A DNA stretch of 64,000 nt from an uncultured Candidatus Saccharibacteria bacterium (GCA_964446735.1 CAYUQB010000001.1:111270-175269); one strand, 5' to 3'. Positions 38,332-48,565 are shown, counted from the stretch's first letter. Notes: generated by a model not told the origin, from the letters alone. Made by a program: numbers and translations.

Positions 38332-40395
38332 CTACCGACGTCTGCGCCTTGCGCGTGGGGACGGCGCACCCTTCGGCTCTTTTCCTTCGAGCATATAAAT
38401 CTCATCACGAAGGATGGCAGCGGTCTCAAAGTCGAGTGCCTCCACCGCATCTGCCATCTGTTTTCGCTTTTCGGTAAGGAACACTTCAGGGTTTTCTTTG
38501 TAGAGACGCACGTCGAGTGTCAGGAGTTCTTCGACGGTCTTTTGGTGTTCCGTGCGCAGTGATTCAGCAATATCACGTATCTGCTTCTTCACAGTCTGAG
38601 GCGTAATGCCATGCTCTTGGTTGTACGCAACCTGTATGGCACGGCGGCGATTGGTCTCTCCTATGGCTCGCTCCAAAGAGCCGGTCATCTGATCTGCATA
38701 CAAAATGACCCGTCCAAGCACATTACGCGCTGCTCGTCCGATGGTCTGAATGAGCGAGGTTTCGCTGCGCAGAAACCCTTCCTTATCCGCATCCAGGATG
38801 CCCACCAATTCAACTTCGGGAAGGTCGAGTCCTTCACGCAAAAGATTCACACCAACCAAAATGTCGAATTCTCCCTTGCGAAACGCGGTGAGGATCTCGA
38901 TGCGATCGATGGTCTTAATATCTGAATGTAAGTATTCCGCCTTGATGCTTCGAGCGCGCAGAAACTCAGCCAGGTCTTCGGCCATCTGTTTGGTGAGTGT
39001 GGTTGCAAGTGCACGCCCACCACGTTTGATCACCACCTCCGCTTCCTCAATGAAGTCTGCAACTTGTCCCGGGAATTCTCCTTCCTCGGTAACGGGCCGC
39101 ACGACGAGCTCCGGATCAATAAGTCCCGTTGGACGGATGATCTGTTCAATTACTTGTCCGTGAGGAGGGACGCAATGCTCTCGCTCGTAATTACCCGGGG
39201 TTGCGGAGGTATAGATTACTTGCCCGACACGTGCTTCGAATTCTTCGAACCGAAGCGGTCGGTTATCACGCGCTGAAGGGAGGCGGAAGCCATGCTCAAT
39301 GAGCACATCCTTACGTGAACGATCTCCTGCGTACATACCGCCGATCTGCGAGACCGTCACATGCGACTCATCGATAACGGTAAGGAAGTCGGCAGAACCG
39401 TCAGCACGGTGCGGGAAATAGGAAAGGAGCGTGTGCGGCGGCTCCCCGGGAGCGCGCCCATCGAAGTGTCGGGAGTAGTTCTCAATGCCGCCGGTGTATC
39501 CCACCTCGCGAATCATGGCGAGGTCGTGGAGGGTGCGTCGTTTGAGACGCTCAGCTTCTAGTGGTTTCTCTTCACGTTTCAATACCTCAAGCCGTTCGTC
39601 GAGCTCGCGACGAATATCCTCAATTGCTCGCAGGCGCTCCTCTTCATTTGTGACGAAATGCTTAGCAGGGAAAATGAACAGGGAGTCGGGTTCGCCGGTC
39701 TTTGCGCGTGACACGGGATCGAGTGCATCAATGTGTGCGACTCGATCTCCATCAAAGCTGATCTTATAAATCGCCCGCTCGTTGACTGGCATGATCTCGA
39801 TCGCATTCCCAACTGCTCGTATCTTGCCTGGCTCAAGATCTGCAGTCGTGCGCTCGAAGTAAATATTCACAAGCTTTCGAATGAGAGAGGCGCGATCGCC
39901 TTCCCCACCCACCTGAAGCTTCACATGCACCTTTTCGTACTGCTCTGGAGAACCGAGGCCATAAATAGCAGAGACGGAAGCGACGATGACCACATCCCGA
40001 CGAGTAAGCAGGGCTTGGGTAGCTGCATGACGCAGACGATCAATTTCGGCATTGATCTGTGCCTCTTTCTCAATGTATGTATCGGAGTGAGCGATATACG
40101 CTTCGGGCTGGTAGTAATCGTAATAGGAGACGAAGTAGTGGACTGCGTTCTCTGGAAAGAATTCCCGGTACTCCTGGGCAAGCTGTGCGGCAAGGGTCTT
40201 GTTATGTGCCAGCACCAATGTTGGCTTATCGATGTTGGCGATGACATTCGCGATACTAAACGTCTTACCGCTTCCGGTAACACCAAGAAGCGTCTGATGC
40301 GTGAGCCCCTTCTGAATACCTTCCGTAAGCTTCTCTATGGCTACTGGTTGATCACCCGCTGGCGGAAAGGGTTGGTGGAGCGTGAAATTGGCCAT
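38332..40395 (-). CDS. uvrB: excinuclease ABC subunit B
   Basis: GVTGSGKT, FVSYYDYYQPEAY, DESH, QTIGRAARN. Confidence 0.98.
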   Translation of the reverse strand: MANFTLHQPFPPAGDQPVAIEKLTEGIQKGLTHQTLLGVTGSGKTFSIANVIANIDKPTLVLAHNKTLAAQLAQEYREFFPENAVHYFVSYYDYYQPEAYIAHSDTYIEKEAQINAEIDRLRHAATQALLTRRDVVIVASVSAIYGLGSPEQYEKVHVKLQVGGEGDRASLIRKLVNIYFERTTADLEPGKIRAVGNAIEIMPVNERAIYKISFDGDRVAHIDALDPVSRAKTGEPDSLFIFPAKHFVTNEEERLRAIEDIRRELDERLEVLKREEKPLEAERLKRRTLHDLAMIREVGYTGGIENYSRHFDGRAPGEPPHTLLSYFPHRADGSADFLTVIDESHVTVSQIGGMYAGDRSRKDVLIEHGFRLPSARDNRPLRFEEFEARVGQVIYTSATPGNYEREHCVPPHGQVIEQIIRPTGLIDPELVVRPVTEEGEFPGQVADFIEEAEVVIKRGGRALATTLTKQMAEDLAEFLRARSIKAEYLHSDIKTIDRIEILTAFRKGEFDILVGVNLLREGLDLPEVELVGILDADKEGFLRSETSLIQTIGRAARNVLGRVILYADQMTGSLERAIGETNRRRAIQVAYNQEHGITPQTVKKQIRDIAESLRTEHQKTVEELLTLDVRLYKENPEVFLTEKRKQMADAVEALDFETAAILRDEIYMLEGKEPKGAPSPRARRRRR

Positions 40396-40474
40396 GATGG
40401 GACCACCATAGCATATGCACCTATCGGAACTATGAGGGGTATACTGTATCCAGGTTGCCTGTATGAGGTGCGTT

Positions 40475-40861
40475 ATGACCAGGATCGATCTTCGAGAAAC
40501 CTTCTCGCGCCTTCCTCACCTTTCTGCACTCCACGAGCGTCTCCTCCGGGCCGCACGCGAGCAGTTCGGAATGGTGTTCATCGCGCTAAAGCCGTTCATG
40601 GTGAACGAGGACGGCTCGCTCTTCGAAGGCAAATTGGAGCGTCCCTGGCTCATCTTCGCCGATGATCTAGAGGACGAGGCCGTGCTCTATACTGAGCTCG
40701 AGGTGATCGCCCGAGGAATCCACTACGGGCGATACACCAAGGACCAGCTGAATGTCCTCGAGCAGTGGAGTAAGGGCATTCTCACGGTTGTCGACGAGGT
40801 CTGCCCCTTAGTCGACACCTTCGTGGCGCAGGAGCTGAACGATCACCACTTGCTGCAATAA
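40475..40861 (+). CDS. hypothetical protein (orphan, SD-led)
   Basis: GGTATACT promoter box, TGAGGTG SD, downstream hairpin. Confidence 0.65.
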   Translation: MTRIDLRETFSRLPHLSALHERLLRAAREQFGMVFIALKPFMVNEDGSLFEGKLERPWLIFADDLEDEAVLYTELEVIARGIHYGRYTKDQLNVLEQWSKGILTVVDEVCPLVDTFVAQELNDHHLLQ

Positions 40862-40867
40862 GACTGA

Positions 40868-40895
40868 CGGGCCGGATCCATGATGATCCGGCCCG
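40868..40895. terminator. hairpin between convergent genes
   Basis: CGGGCCGGATC/GATCCGGCCCG. Confidence 0.6.
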
Positions 40896-40901
40896 CGGAA
40901 G

Positions 40902-42122
40902 TTATGCGTAGTACGCGGACATGAATTCCGCACGATACGCCTCGAACCGATTCTCAAGCAGTGCCAGCCGCGCGCCATCGACGAGTTGGATAATGAATCC
41001 AAGGTTGTGCATTGAAGCAATGATTTGTCCGAGCATCTCACCTGAGCGAAGTTGATGGGCGACATAGGCACGAGTAAATTTTTCAGTTCCAGGAACAACG
41101 GTCTCTGGATCAAGTGGACCGAAGTCATTCCGGTATTTCTCATTCGTAAGATTGATGCTACCGCGTTTCGTATACACGGTGCCGTGCCGACCCAAGCGGG
41201 TCGCAGCGACGCAATCAAAAAGATCCATTCCTTCCGCGATACCAGTCAGAATGTCTCCCGGCTCTCCAATGCCCAGGAAGTGCCGCGGTTTCTCTTCCGG
41301 TAGTTCCGGTATCGCTGCTTGAAGTGCCCCCTGCATATCTTCTTTACTAAACGATCCTCCAATCCCGAAGCCATCGAAATCCATACTGGCGATCTCCTGT
41401 GCACTTTCCCGGCGGAGCTCCTCATATCGCCCGCCTTGTACGATGCCGAAGATGGCTTGGGTACGATTGGCGGCTAGATTCTGTCGATGCGCCTTGAGCG
41501 AGCGAGCAGCCCATGCGTGCGTGCGCCGCATACCATCTTTCTGGTATTCATAGTCGGCAGTGGGCGAGGTGCATTCATCAAATGCAAAGAACATATCCGC
41601 TCCTAACGCATGCTGGATCTCGACAGAACGCTCTGGGGTGAAGCGATGGAGTGAACCATCAAGATGCGAGGTAAATGTCACTCCCTCTTCGTCGACGATG
41701 GCGAGCTGTCCGTGTTGTGACTGTATATCTTCGTCGTACACGGTAACTCCTTGATCACGCGCATTCTCATCGCCTTTTGCAATTTTGGTTATGTTCTTCC
41801 CGAACGCAGCACCAAGCGAGAATACCTGGAAACCACCTGAATCAGTCATGGTGGGCCCATCCCAACCCATGAAGTTCGCAAGTCCGCCCGCCTGCTCTAC
41901 GATTCCTGGCCCAGGCTGGAGGTACAGGTGGTAGGTATTTGCAAGCACGACCTGCGCACCAAGCTGTTTGAGCATGTCTGGCACCACGCCTTTGACTCCA
42001 GCCTTGGTGCCAACCGGCACAAAGGCTGGGGTTTCAATCACCCCGTGGGGTGTGCTTAAGATTCCCGCGCGGGCACGACCTGAGCGAGATTGGATAGAAA
42101 ACGAGAGTGGACGGCGCTCCAT
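40902..42122 (-). CDS. tgt: tRNA-guanine transglycosylase
   Basis: TPAFVPVGT, ANTYHL, TDSGGFQVFSL, GIVQGG, GMDLFDCV. Confidence 0.95.
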   Translation of the reverse strand: MERRPLSFSIQSRSGRARAGILSTPHGVIETPAFVPVGTKAGVKGVVPDMLKQLGAQVVLANTYHLYLQPGPGIVEQAGGLANFMGWDGPTMTDSGGFQVFSLGAAFGKNITKIAKGDENARDQGVTVYDEDIQSQHGQLAIVDEEGVTFTSHLDGSLHRFTPERSVEIQHALGADMFFAFDECTSPTADYEYQKDGMRRTHAWAARSLKAHRQNLAANRTQAIFGIVQGGRYEELRRESAQEIASMDFDGFGIGGSFSKEDMQGALQAAIPELPEEKPRHFLGIGEPGDILTGIAEGMDLFDCVAATRLGRHGTVYTKRGSINLTNEKYRNDFGPLDPETVVPGTEKFTRAYVAHQLRSGEMLGQIIASMHNLGFIIQLVDGARLALLENRFEAYRAEFMSAYYA

Positions 42123-42331
42123 ATCCTTTAGCTATAGCATAATTTGCGCCCGCAAAACGTGTTCATGAGCTCTTCATCTACCGCTCTGTACGCTTACGGT
42201 ACCGCTCATTCTCCTATCCCATAGATTTGACATAGTGCGAAACTCAATGTATATAATTGAACAGGTTCTGTTCTTCCGAGTCTAGGACGAGCAGAGCTCC
42301 ACATCGGCTTCAATCCGGAGAGGAGACCTCC

Positions 42332-43114
42332 ATGACTCGCACACAGTCGTTCGGGCGTTGGGGGTTCGCCTTCGCGCTCGCCTCCGCTAGCGTTCTCACG
42401 AATGCTGGCACCGCCTACGCACAGTTTGCGCCAGGAGCTCCCGCTTCCGCGGAGCGCCAGTGCGCGAGCTCCGTCGGCCCCGACGGCAAGTTGGTGACCG
42501 GTAGTTGTGGCGGTGCTACAACTCCGGCGCCTGCTGCTACCGCGCCTGGCACCTGCATCATGCAGCCGCTCGGTGACGGCAGGTTCGCCCTCACTGGCTG
42601 CGCGGGCTTCACGCCCACCGCGTCCGCCGTCGACACCAACGGCTTGCCGGATCAGGTGATGATGGACTTCAACGAGCGGACGGGCCCCATGGTCATGACG
42701 GCCCGGGACGCCATCCGGGCGAAGATGAGCCAGGGCTATTCCCACACGGAAGCCCGGGACTACGTCGGCTGGATGGCCTCGAGCAACGCCCAGATGTGCT
42801 CCAACCTGGAGCGCTCCAGGCGTAAGCAGAAGAACGCCGCCCCGTTGCGCTACTTCCTGTATGGCCTCGGCTTGGCCGGTGGCTTCGTGGCAAGCAGCGG
42901 ACTTTCGACGACTGCGCGCCTCGGCTACACGGGCATGGCGGCCACGACCTTCGCGCTCAACGAGGTGAACGTCTCCCAGTGGAACTTCGACCGTTCCATC
43001 TGGCGCGACGACTTCCAGGCCTGGTGCGGCTCCATGAACTATCACGAGGTCCGCACCAAGAAGTACGACCAGTCCTTCACCGCCTGGCAGGCCAAGACCA
43101 AGATCGGCCGCTAG
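42332..43114 (+). CDS. secreted or membrane hypothetical protein (orphan, GC-rich)
   Basis: GGAGAGGAG SD; signal peptide ending AYA-Q; Cys pairs; C-terminal hydrophobic stretch. Confidence 0.75.
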   Translation: MTRTQSFGRWGFAFALASASVLTNAGTAYAQFAPGAPASAERQCASSVGPDGKLVTGSCGGATTPAPAATAPGTCIMQPLGDGRFALTGCAGFTPTASAVDTNGLPDQVMMDFNERTGPMVMTARDAIRAKMSQGYSHTEARDYVGWMASSNAQMCSNLERSRRKQKNAAPLRYFLYGLGLAGGFVASSGLSTTARLGYTGMAATTFALNEVNVSQWNFDRSIWRDDFQAWCGSMNYHEVRTKKYDQSFTAWQAKTKIGR

Positions 43115-43149
43115 ACTCCAACCAGTTCACTACCGTTTTGCATAACGGC

Positions 43150-43177
43150 ATCGCCGCGCCCTTCGGGACGCGGCGAT
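43150..43177. terminator. hairpin terminator
   Basis: ATCGCCGCGCCC-TTCG-GGACGCGGCGAT. Confidence 0.65.
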
Positions 43178-43199
43178 ACTGTTTTATATCTAACGTTCT

Positions 43200-43709
43200 T
43201 TACTGCCCCACCTTCACCAACTCCACTTCAAAGATGAGCGTGGCGTTTGGAGGAATGACGCCACCTGCACCCTGGGAGCCATACGCCATATCGGGAGGAA
43301 TCACGAGTCGACGCTTACCACCTTCTTTCATACCCACGAGTCCCTCATCCCATCCGGTAATAACCTGGCGAGTACCGAGCTGGAAGGTAAACGGCTGTCC
43401 GTGCCTGGCTGATGCATCGAAGACGGTACCGTCTGGAAGTGCACCTATGTAATGGACGGTAACGATATCGCCAGACTTTGCTGCTGCTCCAGTTCCCTCA
43501 ACGGTATCAACAACCGTAAGAGTCGTAGGAAGTGGTCCGGACAAAGGTGCGACGTTTTCTGAAGTAGGTGCCATGTTCAAGTTCGCCTCTGATACCTGCT
43601 CGTCAGTAACAGCGCCAAACGGACGGAGCAGATTTGGTCCTAGAAACAGGAAGCCGACTCCTATGACGACGGCGAGCGTAACAGCTACAGCAGTTGCAGT
43701 GACGTTCAT
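43200..43709 (-). CDS. FKBP-type peptidyl-prolyl isomerase with N-terminal anchor
   Basis: VHYIG.L.DGTVFD, VITGWDEG, IPPNATLIFEVEL. Confidence 0.95.
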   Translation of the reverse strand: MNVTATAVAVTLAVVIGVGFLFLGPNLLRPFGAVTDEQVSEANLNMAPTSENVAPLSGPLPTTLTVVDTVEGTGAAAKSGDIVTVHYIGALPDGTVFDASARHGQPFTFQLGTRQVITGWDEGLVGMKEGGKRRLVIPPDMAYGSQGAGGVIPPNATLIFEVELVKVGQ

Positions 43710-43742
43710 ATGCTTAGATAAAATTAATACGAATCCAGTATA

Positions 43743-44129
43743 TCACTGGGCACTCCCGTCAAAGAATCCAACGACCTGAGGCCCATTGGCGTAGCGCATA
43801 AGGAGGCGCTCTTCCCCGCCTGTAGTAAGGACCAGCTGGCCACGCGAATCAATGGACAATTCCCCGGGCGCCCCTTCGGTGTAGTGTAGTGCACTTCGTA
43901 GACGCTCTGAGGGCACCGACTTGAGATACCGCACGAGGGGAGGCACAGCGCCACCCTCTGGAAACTGAACATCAAGTGCGTCCAGAAATGACTCCATCGA
44001 ATCGGTACCAGGTTCTGCTTCTGGAGTGTTTGGTCTTTGCGATGCCTCAATGGCTGACTGAAGCTCTCCGCGCCACTCCTTCGGCGTCTCCGGCTCCTCG
44101 CGTACCGTAAGTCGTCGTAGTCTCTCCAT
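43743..44129 (-). CDS. hypothetical protein
   Basis: 128 aa, packed directly after the ATPase gene. Confidence 0.65.
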   Translation of the reverse strand: MERLRRLTVREEPETPKEWRGELQSAIEASQRPNTPEAEPGTDSMESFLDALDVQFPEGGAVPPLVRYLKSVPSERLRSALHYTEGAPGELSIDSRGQLVLTTGGEERLLMRYANGPQVVGFFDGSAQ

Positions 44130-44131
44130 AC

Positions 44132-46861
44132 TTAGGTGAGATACCGCGCACGAATAGCATCCTCGACCGGCCCACGCTCGCGTCCATACGTGAGATAGGA
44201 AAGCTGACGCAGATCGTCGATCTGTGCCTCGTTCCCCTTCACCGGTGGCAGGGCATGAATGTTAAAGGGCTTCTGTGGTACGCCATGCGCAAGAAGTTTC
44301 ACGTAGGCATTAAAGTTTTCGATTGACGTGAAGTCTCCGGCTTTAAAGACTGGCGCATACTGCTTCTCAAAGAATTCTCCATCCTCTTGGCCGACACGGA
44401 ATACTGCCATAGAACCCACGTTGCCGAAAACAGCATTGCGAATCTTCTCATCAACTTGGGAGAGGAACTGATGCGCAATGGTGAGCGAGAGCTTGTATTT
44501 GCGAGCTTCCGAGAGAATACCCGGAATCGAATCGGTTGTAATGTTCTGGAACTCGTCGATATAGAGGTAGAAGGGCGGGAATGTTCCCCGTGGATCATCC
44601 GCACGAGAGAGCGCTGCCATGAAGAGCTTCCCTACCAAGATGAGACCGAGCAGGTTTGCATTACGTTCTCCGAGGCGACCTTTGGAGAGATTGACCAGAA
44701 GTATCTTCTTTCCATCGATCACCTCTCGGAAATTAAACGAGGAGTGTTGCTGACCAATGATAGGCCGCATGAAGTCGTTTGCCGTGAAGTCGTCGAACTT
44801 GTTCGTGATGTACGGAACGATGTTGGCAAGAGAGGCTTCCCCTTCTGCCTGAGTAGCGATCTCCTGCCAGAATTGATTGACGATGGGGTTATTACTGCGA
44901 GAAAGCTTCAAATCCCGGAATGCTTTATTCGCAAGCACCCGCCCAATATCCATTAAGGTAGAGCCGGAAGCAGGATCTTCCATGACCAGCAGCGTGGCAT
45001 TGCGGAAGTACTGCTCGAAGGCCGGACCCATAGACTCCGGTACATCCCCGTACAGTCGACGGAAGATGGCGAGCATCTCGTTAACGATGAAGGTTTTCTG
45101 CTCCGGGTGCGCAGAATCGTATTCAAGGAGATTAAGACCAAACGGTCGTGAGAGTTCCGCAGGATCAAAGTAGATGACATCCTCGTAGCGTTCCGGAGGG
45201 ATGTACGAAAGTACATCGAGAATGTCGTTCCCGTGCGGATCAATGAAGCACACTCCCTCGCCTGCTTGTATGTCCTGGGCGATGAGCGTCTTCATGAATG
45301 ACGTCTTACCCGTACCCGTCTGGCCGATGACATATAGGTGCCGAAGCCTATCATCCGGTGATAGACGAGCCTCTGCATGTACGCCTCGATAGTCATTGGT
45401 GCCAAGCACGACTCCTTCTTTCGGGAGTGTTGACGGAGCGGGCGCTTCGGTGAAGCGTGACTGTGCGAGGTGTGGAGCTGACTCGATGCCGCGTGGCGGG
45501 AAATGATAGAGCGCAGTCAGTTCGCGAAGTGAGAGTGGAAGTGCGCTGGTGCGCGAGAACAGTCGGAATGTAAAGTTATGAAATAGCTTCTTGGCGTCAC
45601 TCTTCCCTGCCTCCTTGAACTCGAGCCGGTTTCCAATAGTGTTCTCGAACTGGTTGAATGCTGCTTCTAGTTCAGAACGAATGGAGCGAGCTTTGGCAGC
45701 ATCACGAGAAGAAACCACAATACGAATATTTGTCTCGACAATGGGTGCGGTGATCTTTCGTTCCACTTGCTCAATCGCCACCTTGTCTGCATTCGTAGGA
45801 TCAAGCTTCTTTTTAGATGAGCCAAACAGACCAATCGCCTCACGCGCAAGATCACCAGCAAAGGTTTCTGGGAGATTAAATGCACGGTACCTATTCTCCC
45901 CCTTACGAAGTTCCGCAAGAATGCGTCGGTAGTGCTCAACATACCGGTGACCAGTGGGACGCATGATGATCTGAAGTGAAGCTCCTTCGCCTTCTGGATC
46001 GATCTTTGCAAACGCATTCAATACCGAGTTCAGAGGATCGTAGTCAAAGTCTCCGTAATCCTTGAGCGGAAGCATGGGACGATCCTTAAGCGTTGCGTGG
46101 GAGCCAAGCGAAATACCGTCCTCGGCGAAGATGTTGTAGTCATTCGGCTGTGCCGCAACCCGTGCGCCAGGAAAGATGGCGAGCAACTGTTTTTCAAACA
46201 GATCTCGCTTACTATGCGCAACTGCCGCATAAAAACGGAGCGTCGGTGCATCCATCGGAACGGCAAGCTCAAGCGTCAGATATGCTGGCTCGTCTTTCTC
46301 TGCGTGCTCAACTGAAAGCATTCCCGCGTAGAACTGTTCCATTGCGGAGATGAGCTCCTTGAGCGGCTTGGTGCGGTTCTGAGAATCATCTCCTGCGGTG
46401 GGCTCTGGAAGCGCAATTTCATACAGGGTCATGCGGAGTGCCTTCCAGGTGGGCTGGCCCTCAGGAAGTCCAGACGGGCTCATGCCGGAAATTACGTACT
46501 GCACCAAAAACCTATGGAAATCATCCTCCAGGTGCGGGTTGTTTAGCTTCTCCAACACTGCAAAGGCATTTTTAATGCCTTTTTCCTCCATCAACACCTT
46601 GAGTTCGCGTATGGTCTCGTCGTTTGCTTCAGGCGCAAGCCCTTTCGCAAGTTCATGAGATGCTTCGGGTGAAAGTCGATACTCAGGAGCCAGCACGTGT
46701 TCAGCTGCCGTGCGATGTGCAAGCAGTCGTTCTTGTGCGACTTCTTCGCGCGCTGGTTGCTCACGCATCTGGCGTAGCTCAGCTTCTTTAAGCGCAACCT
46801 GCTGACGCAAGTATGCGAGTTCATCCTCGGGATTAGCGAGCGGACGAAGCGGGCCTTCCAT
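44132..46861 (-). CDS. VirD4/TraD/HerA-like coupling ATPase
   Basis: RHLYVIGQTGTGKT, FIDPHG, LYIDEFQN, LSEARKY, AHQF; start trimmed to the ATG after TATACT. Confidence 0.9.
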   Translation of the reverse strand: MEGPLRPLANPEDELAYLRQQVALKEAELRQMREQPAREEVAQERLLAHRTAAEHVLAPEYRLSPEASHELAKGLAPEANDETIRELKVLMEEKGIKNAFAVLEKLNNPHLEDDFHRFLVQYVISGMSPSGLPEGQPTWKALRMTLYEIALPEPTAGDDSQNRTKPLKELISAMEQFYAGMLSVEHAEKDEPAYLTLELAVPMDAPTLRFYAAVAHSKRDLFEKQLLAIFPGARVAAQPNDYNIFAEDGISLGSHATLKDRPMLPLKDYGDFDYDPLNSVLNAFAKIDPEGEGASLQIIMRPTGHRYVEHYRRILAELRKGENRYRAFNLPETFAGDLAREAIGLFGSSKKKLDPTNADKVAIEQVERKITAPIVETNIRIVVSSRDAAKARSIRSELEAAFNQFENTIGNRLEFKEAGKSDAKKLFHNFTFRLFSRTSALPLSLRELTALYHFPPRGIESAPHLAQSRFTEAPAPSTLPKEGVVLGTNDYRGVHAEARLSPDDRLRHLYVIGQTGTGKTSFMKTLIAQDIQAGEGVCFIDPHGNDILDVLSYIPPERYEDVIYFDPAELSRPFGLNLLEYDSAHPEQKTFIVNEMLAIFRRLYGDVPESMGPAFEQYFRNATLLVMEDPASGSTLMDIGRVLANKAFRDLKLSRSNNPIVNQFWQEIATQAEGEASLANIVPYITNKFDDFTANDFMRPIIGQQHSSFNFREVIDGKKILLVNLSKGRLGERNANLLGLILVGKLFMAALSRADDPRGTFPPFYLYIDEFQNITTDSIPGILSEARKYKLSLTIAHQFLSQVDEKIRNAVFGNVGSMAVFRVGQEDGEFFEKQYAPVFKAGDFTSIENFNAYVKLLAHGVPQKPFNIHALPPVKGNEAQIDDLRQLSYLTYGRERGPVEDAIRARYLT

Positions 46862-46919
46862 CACTGTAAGTATAAAGTACGAAAACGTTTGTTTCTGCGT
46901 GAGGCGAGGATAAAAGAGT

Positions 46920-46953
46920 TGCCGGCAGCCACACATACGCGTAGCTGCCGGCA
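46920..46953 (-). terminator. terminator after purC
   Basis: TGCCGGCAGC/GCTGCCGGCA stem with a short T-run on the minus strand. Confidence 0.55.
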
Positions 46954-46970
46954 GTACTGCTTGGAGCAGA

Positions 46971-47897
46971 TTAGCTTCGAGGTACAGGGAAGGCTTTCGT
47001 TCCCCTGAAGACGAAGTTGGCGTTGACCCACTCCCGCACCTGTGCGGCCACTTCCGGAAAGCGATCCGAGAGGTCGGCGGCTCGGCCCAACTGCAACTTC
47101 GTGAGTTCAGCGGAGGCCCCCTTACGAAAGCCCTCCTTGCTCGCATGTTCCCCGTTCACGAGCAGACGGCAGGATTCGGCGTCGATGACGTCACCGATCC
47201 AGAGCTGGCCGTGCTCGTCGAAGCCATACTCGATCTTCATGTCGGGGAACGTGATGTCGACTCCCGCAAGCTCGCCCACAAGCTCCCAGGCGTACTCGAG
47301 TACTTCGTACACCGCCTGGTTAGTTGCGGCAATGACCGGGAGCAGTTCACGTGTTCCGACGATCGGAAAGGTTTCCAGCAAATTGAGCCGGAGGAAGTAG
47401 CAGCCATTCGTGCACGGCAGATCCGGCCGGTAGAGGTAGACGCCCTCGTCGGTAATCTGCATGAACGGGTCGTCGCACGGAAGCTCATAGCTCCCCTTGC
47501 TACCCGGCCACGTACGCCCCTTGGTCTTGAGGAAGAATTCGACGCAGGCCGTTTCGAAGGGTGTTCCCTCTTTGACCTTGGGGTTGCGCTTGAGGTATGA
47601 CCCCCAAGCGAGTCCCCGGGTCACGACCTCGAGCAGGATCATATCGAGCTCGAGGGCAATGAACGACGTCGGGCTGTCCTGCTCGCGATACGCGACCGGG
47701 AAGCCGCAGAACTTGAGCAGCTCGAAGACGTTGACCGTCGTACGAGTCGAGATCTCTGCCTTCCCTGCGATGACTTCGTGTCGTGCGCCGTCGCCGGCGG
47801 TGGTGTCGTCGAGATTCCGGAGCCGGACACGACGTTCGAACGGGTGATCGACGCGTTCGACCGCCTTCGTTTTGCCTCGTGCAAGAACCTGATTCAT
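46971..47897 (-). CDS. purC: SAICAR synthetase (divergent)
   Basis: GKTK, TAGDG, GK, EVVTR...WGSYLKRNP, EFFLK, DDP, DMKIEYG, DVID.ES.RL. Confidence 0.88.
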   Translation of the reverse strand: MNQVLARGKTKAVERVDHPFERRVRLRNLDDTTAGDGARHEVIAGKAEISTRTTVNVFELLKFCGFPVAYREQDSPTSFIALELDMILLEVVTRGLAWGSYLKRNPKVKEGTPFETACVEFFLKTKGRTWPGSKGSYELPCDDPFMQITDEGVYLYRPDLPCTNGCYFLRLNLLETFPIVGTRELLPVIAATNQAVYEVLEYAWELVGELAGVDITFPDMKIEYGFDEHGQLWIGDVIDAESCRLLVNGEHASKEGFRKGASAELTKLQLGRAADLSDRFPEVAAQVREWVNANFVFRGTKAFPVPRS

Positions 47898-47908
47898 GGT
47901 GCGTTCCT

Positions 47909-48397
47909 TCAGTCTTCGACGGTCGTTGGGACCGACTCGGTTTGACGTTCACGCCACGCGTTGAGACGGGCGCGTACTTCATCGTTGGATAGCGCGAGAA
48001 TGGCGGCCGCATAGAGGCCGGCATTTTTCGCGCCGTTGATGGCCATGGTGCCCACGGGAATACCAGCAGGCATCTGTACGATCGAGAGCAGACTGTCCTG
48101 GCCATTCAAGGCCTTGCTTTGGATGGGCACGCCGATGACCGGCAGGCTGGTGAGCGCTGCGGTGACGCCCGGCAGGTGCGCGGCGCCGCCCGCTCCCGCG
48201 ATGATGACGCGGAAGCCATGGCGCCATGCCTTACTGGCGAACTCGTAGGCGCGACCCGGCGTCCGGTGCGCTGAGATCACCTTGGCCTCGTATGCGATGC
48301 CTAGTTCCTCGAGGACAGCCATCGCTTCCTTCATGACAGGCAAATCTGAACGGCTGCCCATGATGACCGCGACCAGCGGGGTATCGATTCTTTCCAC
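47909..48397 (-). CDS. purE: N5-CAIR mutase
   Basis: [34 protein letters not shown]. Confidence 0.97.
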   Translation of the reverse strand: MERIDTPLVAVIMGSRSDLPVMKEAMAVLEELGIAYEAKVISAHRTPGRAYEFASKAWRHGFRVIIAGAGGAAHLPGVTAALTSLPVIGVPIQSKALNGQDSLLSIVQMPAGIPVGTMAINGAKNAGLYAAAILALSNDEVRARLNAWRERQTESVPTTVED

Positions 48398-48433
48398 GAT
48401 TGCACCTCTTGTGCGGTTGTTGTCGAAAGCGGG

Positions 48434-48471
48434 AGTCCCGCTGGAACAAAGGTTCCGGCGGGACTATACCA
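48434..48471 (-). promoter_or_regulatory. purE promoter -10 box overlapped by an inverted repeat
   Basis: TGGTATAGT (minus, 48463-48471) overlapping AGTCCCGCTGGAAC-AAAG-GTTCCGGCGGGACT. Confidence 0.45.
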
Positions 48472-48565
48472 TTAGGTTGCATTTTTTACCTGCGGCGTTA
48501 GGGTACCTACAGGGTGCGGAAGACCAAGCAGCCCGCTTGGCCACACGTTCTCTGGAGGTGAAGAG

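Noticed and set aside
39733-40665. 310-aa plus-strand ORF
   Set aside because: Mostly antisense to uvrB; the real gene is 40475-40861 in another frame.
44132-46861. Conjugative element
   Set aside because: No relaxase, VirB genes or element boundaries in the window; looks like a resident chromosomal ATPase.
46862-47146. N-terminal extension of the ATPase ORF
   Set aside because: It overlaps purC and its terminator; a -10 box precedes the ATG at 46861.
48398-48565. Purine, ZTP or PRPP riboswitch upstream of purE
   Set aside because: The leader is short and I see none of the conserved aptamer motifs, only an inverted repeat.
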